DNA from: Paraspadella gotoi
Lineage: Eukaryota; Animalia; Chaetognatha
Length of the DNA stretch: 64,000 nt
Direction: 5' to 3'
NCBI GenBank assembly: GCA_051294375.1
Contig: CM119270.1
Location: 5,974,027 to 6,038,026, forward strand
Below, piece by piece: positions 49,201 to 60,900 of the stretch (the first letter of the stretch is position 1; each line of letters opens with the position of its first letter). A program made the position numbers and the translations under genes. The notes under the pieces were generated by a model. The model was not told where the DNA came from. It saw nothing but the letters and a program-made list of their open reading frames with translations, and searched no databases.

Positions 49201-50447
49201 GAACAGCATTGGGATCAGTATTAAGAATCTTTCCTTTGACAAAATATGTGTCTTGGATTGGCTATAGAATTAGCTTTGAAATTCATCTAGGAAACTATGC
49301 AGCTCTCTCTACAGACCAAATTGTGTTGGATGTTATGTTGTTGATAGATAATACACTAAGCACGTTATATACTGCTTTAGTTTTTTGGGAAAAAAATTGC
49401 CCTGGATTATTTTGGATTTTATGCGTCTGGAACCTCATTTTATGTTTTAAATTGTATTTTCTCATTTTCATTAATGTACGCCATGTTAATTTTATTGCAT
49501 TACGAGATACTTTTTTCGGTCATAAAACTATTAGTCCATTTGTTTATCCAGGAAAATGGCCAGTTGAGCTTACAAAAGTACCTTTGTCAGCAATTAAAAA
49601 AAGAATAGCGACATCTTTCTGGATGGTGAATATTGGTGAAACTTTATTTTCAGTTGTATGGCATGTCTTTTTAACGTGCTTCGCGATAAATATAATTGAA
49701 GAATTTGTTAAATTGCCAAAAGAAAAATTACAGAAATGCAGATCAATTTACTCACGTAGTATCACGCTATTTATTGGACTCCTATATTCATCTTTTTCAC
49801 TAACAGCTCCTTTTCTCAGATTGTTCCAAACACAAATCGTGCAACAGATTGCCGAAGATTATTTATTTTCTTGTAATATATCCATTAATCACCCTGAACA
49901 AGTAAAACCATCTCGCAGTGATAATATTTTTTTAATCAGTCATTTAGTAAAATTGTATTACTTTTGGTCGTGCTTATTAACTCTGCCTCTTTATAAATTT
50001 ATACTCGAGCATTTTCTCACCAAATATTCAAACAATTGTAGAATAATATTTTGTTGTTTTACAATTTTAATGTTCGTATCTTTTTACGGAATCAAGAAGA
50101 AAACTTCTCAGTTGGAAATTGAATCGAATGTCGCGACAGAATTTCGGCGCGATGTCATTCGTGTAATTGAGGAATATTTGATTGAGACCGAATCACGAAG
50201 GCTACATAGTTACCGACATTTTGACCCTATTTACTCGGTCGCCATTTATCACTACGAATATAAGGACTTTTGCAGGTTGAACAAAGAATTTTCTAGCGCG
50301 ACATCAAACGCTTCGGGAAGATCCTCCCACGCGGCAGTCAAATGGCTGGTGAACTTTGTGCAAGAGTCTCACGATAATACGAAACTGGACATTTACTTTC
50401 TGACTTTAATCTTAATTCCAGCGACGGTCTATTTATCTTTTTTTTAA
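46260..50447 (+). CDS. XK-related (XKR scramblase family) multipass membrane protein, ~804 aa, 4 exons
   Basis: Exons 46260-46374, 47410-47594, 48248-48340, 48426-50447 are phase-compatible (2415 nt) and extend the 666-aa ORF. XK-type motifs: AVDVMTDL in TM1, LLESFPQMVLQ (ESAPQLxLQ-like) and LISIAMSTISLA. Confidence 0.75.
46380..47042 (-). mobile_element. TRIM with tRNA-like LTRs (Helenus-like), family 1
   Basis: LTRs 46380-46613 and 46808-47042; TSD tgag/tgag. Sense PBS TGGTGAGCCCGAC and [14 protein letters not shown]. The LTR carries tggtgccggagg..ctcccaa..ggttctagccc (tRNA A box, loop, B box). Confidence 0.9.
47116..47355 (+). mobile_element. Solo LTR, same family as 45616-45870
   Basis: Reverse-complement homolog; starts tgtggtgg, has tggcttagagg and gttccatcc, ends gttgccata; no perfect TSD. 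Confidence 0.6.
47933..48158 (-). mobile_element. Possible further solo LTR or tRNA-derived element in an XK-gene intron
   Basis: GC-richer island; sense strand starts TGTAGCGG and contains gggttcaattc (B-box-like); no TSD found. Confidence 0.35.
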
Positions 50448-51388
50448 ATAAATTAGGGACTATAAATATTTGATAATTATCTGTTCGCATGAGTTGTATA
50501 CAAAAAAAATAATTTCGTTTCAATTTAGTTAACTATACTTTTTGACATTTTTAAAAACAATTTTCGAAAAATTAAAAAGATACTTAACTTTTTGTCCTCC
50601 CTAACTTATTTCACACCACCACATTTATTTCCTGCTTTTTACTCTGTTTATGAATTTCTTTGAGCTTTTAAATTCGAATAAATAAGATTTTATATTTGTA
50701 TTTATATTAGAATTATAATAGTAATAATATAATCGTTGTATTTGGGTCTGCCACTTTTATCCATTCTCCTAATAACCATAAAACTACTAAAAAGCTACTG
50801 AATTTCCAGAATGCCATCCTATTGGATCCTTCGATGCCTTTCGATTTGGTTATTTAAGGAAGAAATCTGATTTTTGTTTTGATTTTTTTTTAAGACCATC
50901 TTGTCTGGAAATAGCAACTTTTTCCAAAATTCAGAAATACGTAACAAAAAAGAAAGCATAGCTCATGACTAGAGCGTCAATTATTAGAACAAGGGGAATG
51001 AATTTTTAAAAGAATGTCGTGCCAACGTTGGTAAAAAACTTCGTCGGTTAAGTTTGGGGCGTCTCTCTCTCTCTCTCTCTCTTCTCTCTGCTCTCTCTCT
51101 CTCTCTCTCTCTTTCTTGTCATGAATGGGATAATTAACAGATCCAATATTCGATCTCCGATGATGCTCGAAAAGAAAAAAAAAAATAAGAATTCAATTAA
51201 TTAAACGAATATTTTCCTATATTGCCAATATATTTCTCAAATTAAATGTCAACTTTTTTCTTTAATTCAAAATATACGCATATATATATATTGAGCTTAT
51301 TACGCAGAATTCTATTCTTCCAAAAGTTAGTTTGGAACTCGCACAAAATCAAAATCGCCATACGTTTTTTAAACGAAAAAAAACCAGG

Positions 51389-52032
51389 TGAAGAGACAGT
51401 AATTATTGATAAGTGTTAATGACAGAACCGTTCAATATAAGCAGTCCCTGAGCTTCGGATCAGGCTGTAACACCGTGTTACAGGCGGGTTAAGCGGCCCG
51501 TCCCTCTTAACTGCCAGACGACCACCGGGCTAGAACCCCGGACCTTTGGGTTGGGAGGGCGAATGTCTTGCCTCCAGGCACATGGCCGCTGATGAAGGTT
51601 GTGGATTTTAGTCCACCATACATCCCCCCTCCCGTAGGGAAAAGTCTGTTGCGTCTCTTCAGTGAATTGTTGTTGTTGGTGAAGTTCGTCACCAAGTTGA
51701 GGCATGTCGCCTGATGTGTTGTGGGCGGAAAGTGCATCGCCAGGGAAGTGCATCGCCAAGTGTTGTTGTTGCTGTTGTGTTCGGAAGTCGGGCTCTCCAA
51801 TGAAGAGACAGTAATTATTGATAAGTGTTAATGACAGAACCGTTCAATATAAGCAGTCCCTGAGCTTCGGATCAGGCTGTAACACCGTGTTACAGGCGGG
51901 TTAAGCGCCCCGTCCTCTTAACTGCCAGACGACCACGGGCTAGAACCCCGGACCTTTGGGTTGGGAGGCGAATGTCTTGCCTCCGGCACCAATGGCGGCT
52001 CATGAACGGTTGGTGGATTTTAGTCCACCATA
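51389..52032 (-). mobile_element. TRIM with tRNA-like LTRs (Helenus-like), family 1, second copy
   Basis: LTRs 51389-51620 and 51801-52032; 180-bp internal region; TSD cagg/cagg; PBS TGGAGAGCCCGAC; same PPT as the 46380 copy. Confidence 0.9.
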
Positions 52033-52779
52033 CAGGCATTTTTCGTTGACGCAATGGCCTTGTAATTGCTGAGAATTCTGGTTTCATTGCGACAGATTCA
52101 TAGCAGCGGCTGGAGGCGATCCGATGGGCCCATGGTCCAGCTGGTGAGTCTCCACAGTCCACATACCCTTGGCGCCATAAGTGATCGTCTCCGTTGCTAA
52201 ACAACAATTTTTTATTAGGGTCAATGTATATACACTACCAATTAAAAAAATAGGAACTCTTCAAAATAATAACATTTTGATAGATTTTCCTTCAAACTTT
52301 ATTATGTTAAAATTTTATGAAAATTACACACTACGCAGTAGAGCGTAGTGAAAGTTGCATACGAAAATTCTAAAAGTCAATTATGAACGACTTACCATCA
52401 GTGAACATTAATTAAAAAAAAATAATGTTATCTAATTTTCGCAGTAGGCTATATTTATATATATTATTATCTTTATAAAATCGAAAAATTTCAAAATAGG
52501 ATTTTCTTAATTTTGAAGGCTGATTTGAATTTCTCCTCAAAAGTTGATAAAAAAAATCTAAATAATTTTTATTAAATGGGTTAAAAATTAAAAAAACTAT
52601 ATTTAATATATAAAATTTTAATTTTCAGCTTAAAATATAGGTTTTTTGATATTTTAGCAACTTAATGAAATAATTTTTAAAAAAGAGTTATATGTTCTTT
52701 ATATCAACTTTTCATGACTAATCCAAATCTGCAAAAAATCTTACAAAAAACTATTTTGAATTTTACCATTTATTGGATT

Positions 52780-53431
52780 TGTAGTGGTAGTATTTCATAC
52801 CCACTACTCGTCCGAGAATCAGCAGCACCTATGGCGCCGGAGGTAGCACGAGCTCCTCCCAACCCAAAGAACTCGGGTTCGCGCCCTGCTGATTCACACA
52901 AGTAAAAGCGGGACGGGGCATCTAACAACCTGTAGTGTCGGACTAAAGCCCGATCCGAAGTTCGGGACCTTGTGTGCAACGGACGGTAGACTGCTAGCGG
53001 CATCGTCTTCCACATTGGTGAGCCCACACGAACACGCTGGCACGTTAATACACCTCTGCCCGGGCATGTTAACACACCTCTGCCTCGACCATCGGTGTGA
53101 AGACGGGAGCAGGAATAGGCAGCCCTCTAGAGTGCTCGGGCACAACGCGTGCATCATAGCCATCACACTTGCGCGGGTGTGTGATGCCTAGGGGGGATGG
53201 TAGTGGTAGTATTTCATACCCCACTACTCGTCGAGAATCAGCAGCACCTATGGCGCCGGAGGTAGCACGAGCTCCCCCACCCAACGACTCGGGTTCGCGC
53301 CCTGCTGATTCACACAAGTAAAAGCGGGACGGGGCGTCTAACCCACCTGTAGTGTCGGACTACAGCCCGATCCGAAGTTCGGGACCTTGTGTGCAACGGA
53401 CGGTAAACTGCTAGCGGCATCGTCTTCGACA
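52780..53431 (+). mobile_element. TRIM with tRNA-like LTRs (Helenus-like), family 2
   Basis: LTRs 52780-53014 and 53198-53431 with TG..CA ends; TSD gatt/gatt; PBS tggtgagccc (53016-53025); PPT agggggga (53190-53197). The LTR has tggcgccggagg..ctcccaa..gggttcgcgccc. Confidence 0.92.
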
Positions 53432-53731
53432 GATTAGTACTATGTATAAATATGGCCTACTGCGTAAATTGTAAAATTTATAATCCAATTTTTTTTATAT
53501 AGAAATGTTCTTTAGTATAATGTTGTTCGTTCATCACTTTTAGAATTTTAATTAAAGTTAATTTATAATTTTTACTACGCTTGACTACACAGCAAATAAA
53601 GCTGACAAAAACTTTCGTAAGTTCGTTTGATTCAATAAAGTTAATTATTAACTCTTAAGAAAATTTGTTAAAAAAGAGCATCTTTAAAATCGACTATAGG
53701 GAGAAAAATAAAACGAATTAACACTTGGACG

Positions 53732-56716
53732 ATGACGTTGTCGTCGACGATAAATGCGACGACGACGACGACGTTGATGAACGCGACTATGGGAGGTCAC
53801 GCGGATCCCGATGGCGCAGCCGTGTACGTCATCGTCGTCATCATGTTTTACGCCTGTTTTATGGTGTTGTTCATCGGCATCATTACTTGTAGCAAGGTTT
53901 GATTCGGTTTGCTGTACGCTTACGATGTTCACGGCAACGCGGCAGGAAGTGGTAGGGGCTAAAATAGAATTCATACAATTGAAACATTCTTTAAATATTA
54001 TACTACTTCATTGTTGGGAAGCCTGGTCACTTGAAGTGAATAAACAAGACGTGAGAGAGTCTTGCTTAAAAGCTAGCAGAAACATGCTATGTTTAATCTT
54101 GTAAGTGTGATGGAGGCCTTAAACCACAAAGCTGTCCAAAGTCAGGGACAAGATAGCTTATTTATTAAATGAATGGATAATTTTATATTTGTTGACCAAT
54201 TTCATAGAATTATTGGCAATTGACACGTTGCTACCTTATTCCCCATCATCGCTACATCATCGCTACATCATCCCTTCATTCGACAGCAATACTCGGACGA
54301 CGAAGAAGTGGAACGCTACGTCAACCATCATCTCCGTCAAGAAAAATCCATGGTGCAACTGGAGATCGCTTACCAGATGACGCTCAATCGCCTCATTGAA
54401 TCCGCCTCCGCTTCGACATTCATGATGTCCAACGACAGAGTTCGCAGGTGTGAAGGGTATGGTGTTGTCAACGCTGTCTAGAAGGGTCAGCGTACCGAGT
54501 ATGTTATCTTGCTGGTTCTCTTTTCCAATTGTGCCCCATCTGTATTCTTTAATTCCTAAACCCTATTACTTAACCTAAACTATTACTAACTATTACTAAC
54601 TCTCATCACTAACGTTTTTCTTTAACCTAATCTTTTATCTTAAAATATAAGTAAATTCCCATTTTTAGATGTAATAGAGTCTTCGCGAAAAATAAGGCCG
54701 AAGCAAGGTCTAGTGTTCAATCCCCTTACGGTCACGCTGGTTAAAGTGTGACGGTGTCGGCATAAACACGCTTGTGACGTGGGATCCTCTCTGTAGGTCC
54801 AAATTCCTGAGCGCCAGCTGTTGGGAGAGCCCTCCCACCCCGGGCATCACACATGTCTCCTCGTTGCCATACTGAACGATATAATAAATTACTAGGTACC
54901 AAGTTTTTTATTTATTTTCTTTTCCGCTGTTTAGAAGTGAGCGAAACTACAGAGTTGCAGCGAATGGAGCTGCAGCAGCCGGTGGACCTGGTGGAGCAGG
55001 TGAGACCAGAGTAGCGGCGGTCCCGGGATCGCGAGATGGATCGGCGGAGAAGCGGAGGAGGAGGCGGAGGAAAGGAGGAGTAAGGGAAGGAAAAGAAGAA
55101 AGGAGGGACGGAAGATCTTGGTTAAAGAGGCCGAGCTTCTTGGCGAATCGCAAAACGCTGGGGAAAGTGGATGAGGAAGAAGGTGAGATAATTGGGGGGA
55201 GAGAGTGGGAGAGAGGGGGAGAGAGGGAGGGAATGAGTTATGAAGAGGAGAGAAAAATTGGGGGGGGTGAAGGCAAATAGCGAAATGGAGGATTAATAGA
55301 ATTTTATAAGATTTTAGATCAGAGGAATCGTGAAAGAAAACGTTACCGATTTCCGGCTCATGAAAGTTTTCTTTTTCCCCGACTTTAGCACCTAACGGTG
55401 CAATGGGCTATTGCTTATTGCTTATGCTCCTAAAGCTTGACGGGCCGGTTTAATCAACCTCGGATCCCAAGTTCCGGAAAGCGAGGCGACTGAAGAATGT
55501 TGGGCTATACTCGCCGTCAGAGGGCTATGGTGACCCCCTCTCGGTCACTTCCTGAACATATTCACATTTTTTTTTTTAAATGGTTGACTTTTTTTGTTTC
55601 ATTCATCTCTTTTGCGATCGAAGATCGATTTGATTAAATGTTATTACGATCACTAAGTTAACGAAGATTTTCAATCGTCTCGATCGATCGTCATTTTCGC
55701 TCAAAAGTTCCTTCGTCGTTGCAGAGACGTTTTGCGGCCGCGTCGGCGGCGGCGGCGGGGGCGGCGTCAATGACCCGACGAAGGAGGAAGAGAGGAGAAG
55801 GTTCATTGCGTCCGATAATGAAGAGAGAGAGAATGAAGGTAAATGAAGCCGAAAACCTTGTTCTCTCTCTCTCTCTTAGTGAATTATGCCCCTCGTTTTT
55901 GTGATGTCGAAGGCGACTTTGATAGCGTCGACGATGCCGACGACGACGACGACGAAGTCGACGACGAAAACATAAGCCCGAGAGTCTTGTTAGCGACGGG
56001 TAAATTCTTTTCGAGTTTAACTAAAACAATAAACTAAATTTAATTCGTGATGATAAATTTCAAATACGAAATAATAAATCTGATATAATAAATCCAATTC
56101 CATGCTATCACCGCATAATTTCATCAACGGAACGATCAATCAATCGCTCATCAATCAGCCTTTACAATAAATCCCCATCCTCTTTCCCTTTCACCAGCCA
56201 ACGGCAACTCCGCCGGCGCCTTCGTCATCGTCTCCCTCGAAGACGGCGGAACGATGCAGCAGCAGCTTCAGCAGCAGCGAAACAAGTCCCGGCGGAGCAG
56301 CATGACCTCGACGGACGGGGACGGCGACGCTGCGTCGGCTACTGCGTCGACGCAGGAGACGAGACCGCGGACGAGATCTTTTGATTTTTATCGGTCGGTT
56401 TTTTTTTGTTTTTTTTTATGTAGTGTTTTGTTATGGTTAAGCGTCAGTTGCATTGTATTAGTTTTTTTTTCTATTTCAAAAGATAGAAGTTAAAATCATC
56501 TCGTCCTCCCTCCGTAAAAGGTCCGTGCCCGAACTCTGCCCACGACCCCGAGCAATGAGCGCCGCGACCGCGCGCCCTCTTGCGTGCCCTCTGGCGGTCG
56601 AAGCTACGATAACGAGATCGTCATCGTCGCTGTCGCCATCTAACGTCGTAGTCTGCACGAGACGAGGAAAGTCGGCCGACGCTTCGCCCGCCTCTTCGAC
56701 TCACGTTCTTTGCTGA
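53732..56716 (+). CDS. Single-pass (type III) membrane protein with KCNE-like N-terminus and long disordered cytoplasmic tail, ~7 exons
   Basis: Exons ~53732-53896, 54287-54447, 54935-55182, 55725-55838, 55880-55999, 56198-56392, 56521-56716 appear phase-compatible. No signal peptide; two N-A-T sequons; TM AVYVIVVIMFYACFMVLFIGIITC followed by SKQYSDDEEVERYV. Confidence 0.7.
54670..54871 (+). mobile_element. Possible solo LTR in an intron
   Basis: Starts tgtaa, ends gttgccata like the 47355 end, contains gtgttcaatcc; no perfect TSD. Confidence 0.3.
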
Positions 56717-57210
56717 AACTGAAGGTTGATAGGGTGCGGTGGAGGGGGGGCGTGATTCGAAGATGGGAGAGGTGTGGGTATGTTTGGGTGGGATTGGAAG
56801 ACGTGGCCTTACTTTTGGGTTGAGAAGATCTGCCCATTTTCGTTTCGAGTTTGTTCACGATGTTTGACAACAAAAAATGGTCACTTAGTCTTAATATTCC
56901 AAGAAGAACCTTTGATTGTTTGTTTGTTTTTTTTTTGTGTTTTTTTTTTACCACGAAATGAACAATGTTAAATTGGCTAATTTGCTGTTCGTGGCAATCG
57001 TTAATAAGCGTGACATTTTTTAAACGAGCCCAGTTACACGGTGAATATCCTGCTTTTCGGATTTTTTTTTTTTTAATTGAACAAACTTACTCGCATCTTA
57101 AATCCGTTGTTGCTCTGACACAGTTGCTCAATTGTTCCGCACAAAAAGTTGATTTACTTCTGCTTGGTTTTTTTTAAACATTTCTGTTTTTTACTTTTAA
57201 TAAATTTTGC

Positions 57211-57697
57211 AAAAGATTTACAATTTTTGACGTTTTGTTATTAGTAGATTACCCAGTGCAGACCCCCCAAAAAATATCTTCAGACATAAAATAACATGCA
57301 ATGGTTATATTTCACAAATTAATTACAGGTTTACTGTGAACAAATAAAACATGAATAAATGCTTCTAATTCATAATAAAGAATACGATATCACATTCCGA
57401 CACTTATGAGCATAAAGGCAAACTTTTTTGTAAATAATGTAATATATCAAAAAAGATTTACAATTTTTTGACCTTTTGTTATTAGAAGATTACCCAGTGC
57501 AGACCCCCCCAAAAAATATCTTCAGACATAAAAATAACATGCAATGGTTATATTTCACAAATTAATTACAGGTTTACTGTGAACAAATAAAACACGAATA
57601 AATGCTTCTAATTCATAATAAAGAATACGATATCACATTCCGACACTTATGAGCAAAAAGGCAAACTTTTTGTAAATAATGTAATATATCAAAAAAA
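57211..57697. repeat. Two-copy tandem direct repeat, ~240-bp unit
   Basis: aaaagatttacaattttt..gtaatatatcaaaaaa at ~57211-57451 and ~57452-57697, near-identical, between two convergent genes. Confidence 0.92.
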
Positions 57698-57815
57698 GAA
57701 TAAAAAAAAATTCAGCTCACCAGTTATGATTCATAACTTATGACTCATAAAAAAATTAAATAGAAAGGTGTATGAGTTTAATGTAAGCAATCATATCCCG
57801 TAAAACAACTGAGAT

Positions 57816-57894
57816 AAAGTTGATGTTAAAGACTTTTCTGTTACAAATGTTTATCATAAACATTTGTAACAGAAAAGTCTTTAACATCAACTTT
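57816..57894. repeat. Perfect 39-bp inverted repeat with 1-nt spacer (hairpin)
   Basis: 57816-57854 aaagttgatgttaaagacttttctgttacaaatgtttat, then c, then its exact reverse complement at 57856-57894. Confidence 0.97.
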
Positions 57895-57944
57895 GAAGGA
57901 AAAAAAAATCAATGCATACTAGTCAATTAATACTGAAACTAAAA

Positions 57945-60900
57945 TCAAATGAAAGTTGAGGTCCTGATACTCCACCCGCCTCCAACTTCTATTTCAAACG
58001 GATACTTGGAAAACTCTACTTTCATGATGTTGTCCTTGTTGCCGAATGACACTCCGTTAAGGGAGACCTTCAAATCCCGAGGGCGAACCCGCTTCCTCAC
58101 TTCCGGCGCCAGGCGTTCCATGAATTTTCCTTTAAGAGCGCTTCCGTTGAAGGTCTTCCTAAAGTCCAGGAGGAACTCCAAGCCCTCGCCGATAGGAAAG
58201 TCGGCGGACCGGACGAGACACTGCAGCTTCGATACGCGAACCTCCGAACCTTCGAGAACAGAGAACTCCAGTTCGCCGCGTGCATTTGAAGGTCTTTGTT
58301 CAAAGATGTTAGTTCCTTGCTCGGTGATGGCGAAGATGCTCTCTGGATCAGCGTCCGGCCAAATTCTGTTCACGTCTTCCAAGATTCTTTCACGGATAAC
58401 TAATCCGTCGATCTTGGTCATCGGTTCTTCTGTGGGAAATTTCAATATTTTATTCACAGAGATGATGTAAAATGTCTTCGGTTCAAAGTAAGAGAACGTT
58501 ACTCTTATTGTGTTTTCCCTCAGCAAAGGTCGAAGCCAACCGGTTACGGATACTCTTTCATTGTGACCATTCACCAATTTCCAAAATTCTTGAAAATAGA
58601 TATTTTCGTCTGGGTTTTTGTTTTGGGTGAGTCTCTCGTGCTCATAGATCACATAAAGCGATAGGTAAGGAAACCGTTCTGTAAAGTAATCGTACAAATC
58701 TTCCGGCGGCGGCGCTTTTACGCCAAATACCTTCTTTAAGGTTTTGCTTTCTTCGAGATAATGAGTATAGACGTTGCGAACGAAACGAATCAAGTCCGCG
58801 CATTTCGTGATTCTGTATCCGTTAAACTTACAACCAAAAGTAAACAATAGATCGGAGTGGAACAATTTGTTCCAAGATCCCTGACCTCCGATGATTAAAC
58901 TAGAAATTTGTTCCGCCTCGTCGACTTGCAGGCCCGGACTTTTGGGATTTCTGTTCGATATTAGCCACTCGTTCAAATAGTTGAGCAACCCGATAATGTC
59001 CTTGGGCGTGAGAAAGGCTGGTGCTTGTATCGCGTCCATCGCGCAGAGACCTTTGCGGAGCGCGAGGGTAAGAACCTCGAATTCAGTCGTTTTGTCTATT
59101 TGGATCTCGTCAATGATGTCGGCGGCGAATTCCAAATCCGTCCGATGATACTCTTCGTAATCGTGTTCGACGGAGACGCAGTTTAAAAAGTAGCCAATTT
59201 TCAAGGTTGGATTTTTTGGACACCCGCAGAGGAAAATTGTGTCCGGAGATAAGGCAAGATGGAAAACGGGAGGAGTTAACGAATGAAGATGAGCTACTCC
59301 TTTGAGAAGCTGCCAACATAGATCGTTTTTGTGCAGGACCAATTGGTCCGGGTCATCGGTTTCAAATGTTTGTCTTAAAGTTGCCAACGTTGGTTCCACC
59401 ATTAAAAATCCTTGGACCAAGTGCTTCAAACTTAACTCGGTGGAAAAAGAGTTGAGTATGAGAATGTTGTTGCTATATGTCATTTCGCGATGAATTTTAG
59501 ACTTTTGGCGAAAGTTTTTAATCTTTTTGAAGGAGCCAGTTGGAACGGTGGCGTAGGAAGGATACTTTCTTTTCAATCTCAAAATATTCAACGAATGAAC
59601 GGCTTTAAACAACGCTATAATACCGACTAAACAAGCGAAAAACCGCGGAATGTGGACTAAAATAAATTGACACTCTTGATAATTTTCATCGAGTGTCGCC
59701 CTGGAAGAGCATTTAAAGCCTTCCATCGACTGATACTCTTTTGCGTAAGAATAAAGATAGACGAGAGAACAACTGGAGCAATCCCAATTATTGCCAGTCG
59801 CGATAATTTTGGTATTTGTTAATTGTTTTAACTCTTGCGGTAATTTCGTTAAACTATTGTTGGTGAGGTCGATCGTTTCTACTGTGGGTATTTTCATGAT
59901 TTCAGCTTTTGGAGAAAATGTTCGTATGGTGTTGTTCGTGAGATTCAACATTTTAACATAATTAAGGCCAACGATTCTTATGTGACCAATTGTTGTGATT
60001 GTATTGTTACTCACGTTTAAAGAGATGAATGGCTTTTGGCCCGAGCTTCGATAAATTATAAATATTTTATATAATTTATTATGCCTTGCTTCAATGTATT
60101 GAAAAATATCAGTAGGATTAAGGTTGAAGTCTAAATTTAACCAAAACAAATTATTGCCATCGAGTTTTATGCGGGAAATTCTGCTGTTGGTAAAAGCATT
60201 GGGAACCAAAAATCGAATGTTATTGTAGGAAAGGTCCAAAAGTCTCGCCGTCATGCCAGAAAATTGATGAACTTTAATCGTTTGTATTTTGTTTTCGGAA
60301 ACGTCAATGACGGCATCATTTCCAAAGTTTTTCAGTTTCATGACCCCCAATGAATCTTCCCAGTCATTCCATCTGGCATGGAACCTTGAGACTTTCAATG
60401 ACAACCGATGGTCCGTCAAAGGTTTAGCGCAACCCAAGATATAAACACTGTTCATGCCTCTTTCGCGGCCGAAAAAATGATTGAGCATCAAGGCCGATCT
60501 CTCAATCTCCATGGTAACATTGTGACAGTATTTCGGCCGATCCTCCGGGCTTTTATCCATGAAATTCCGGGAGCAGCAACCGAATTTGATGACTATCAAA
60601 AAAGAAAAGATAAATGAATCCGCGCGAATTTTGACCAGCGGATTGTGAAGAATGCTCAAGGTATGCATGTTTGTGAGGTTTTTCATCAGCGGTATGGGAA
60701 TTTGCGAAAAGGAATTGTTATCTAAATACAATTCCAAAATCGTGTTGATCTTTGGAATTGTCAAGGATTTCAGAAAATTTCCCTCGAGTAAAAGATACTG
60801 CAAACCTAAAAGATTGTCAAAAAGCGACTCGTGCAGATGAGACAATTGGTTGAAACTGAGATTCATCACTCTGATCGCCTCCAGATTAGAAAAAGACCCC

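Noticed and set aside
57211-57697. Direct repeats as LTRs or a CRISPR-like array
   Set aside because: Two abutting AT-rich units with no internal PBS/PPT, TSD or spacers.
57949-58470. 173-aa plus-strand ORF and other antisense ORFs over real exons
   Set aside because: Shadow ORFs of coding sequence on the opposite strand.
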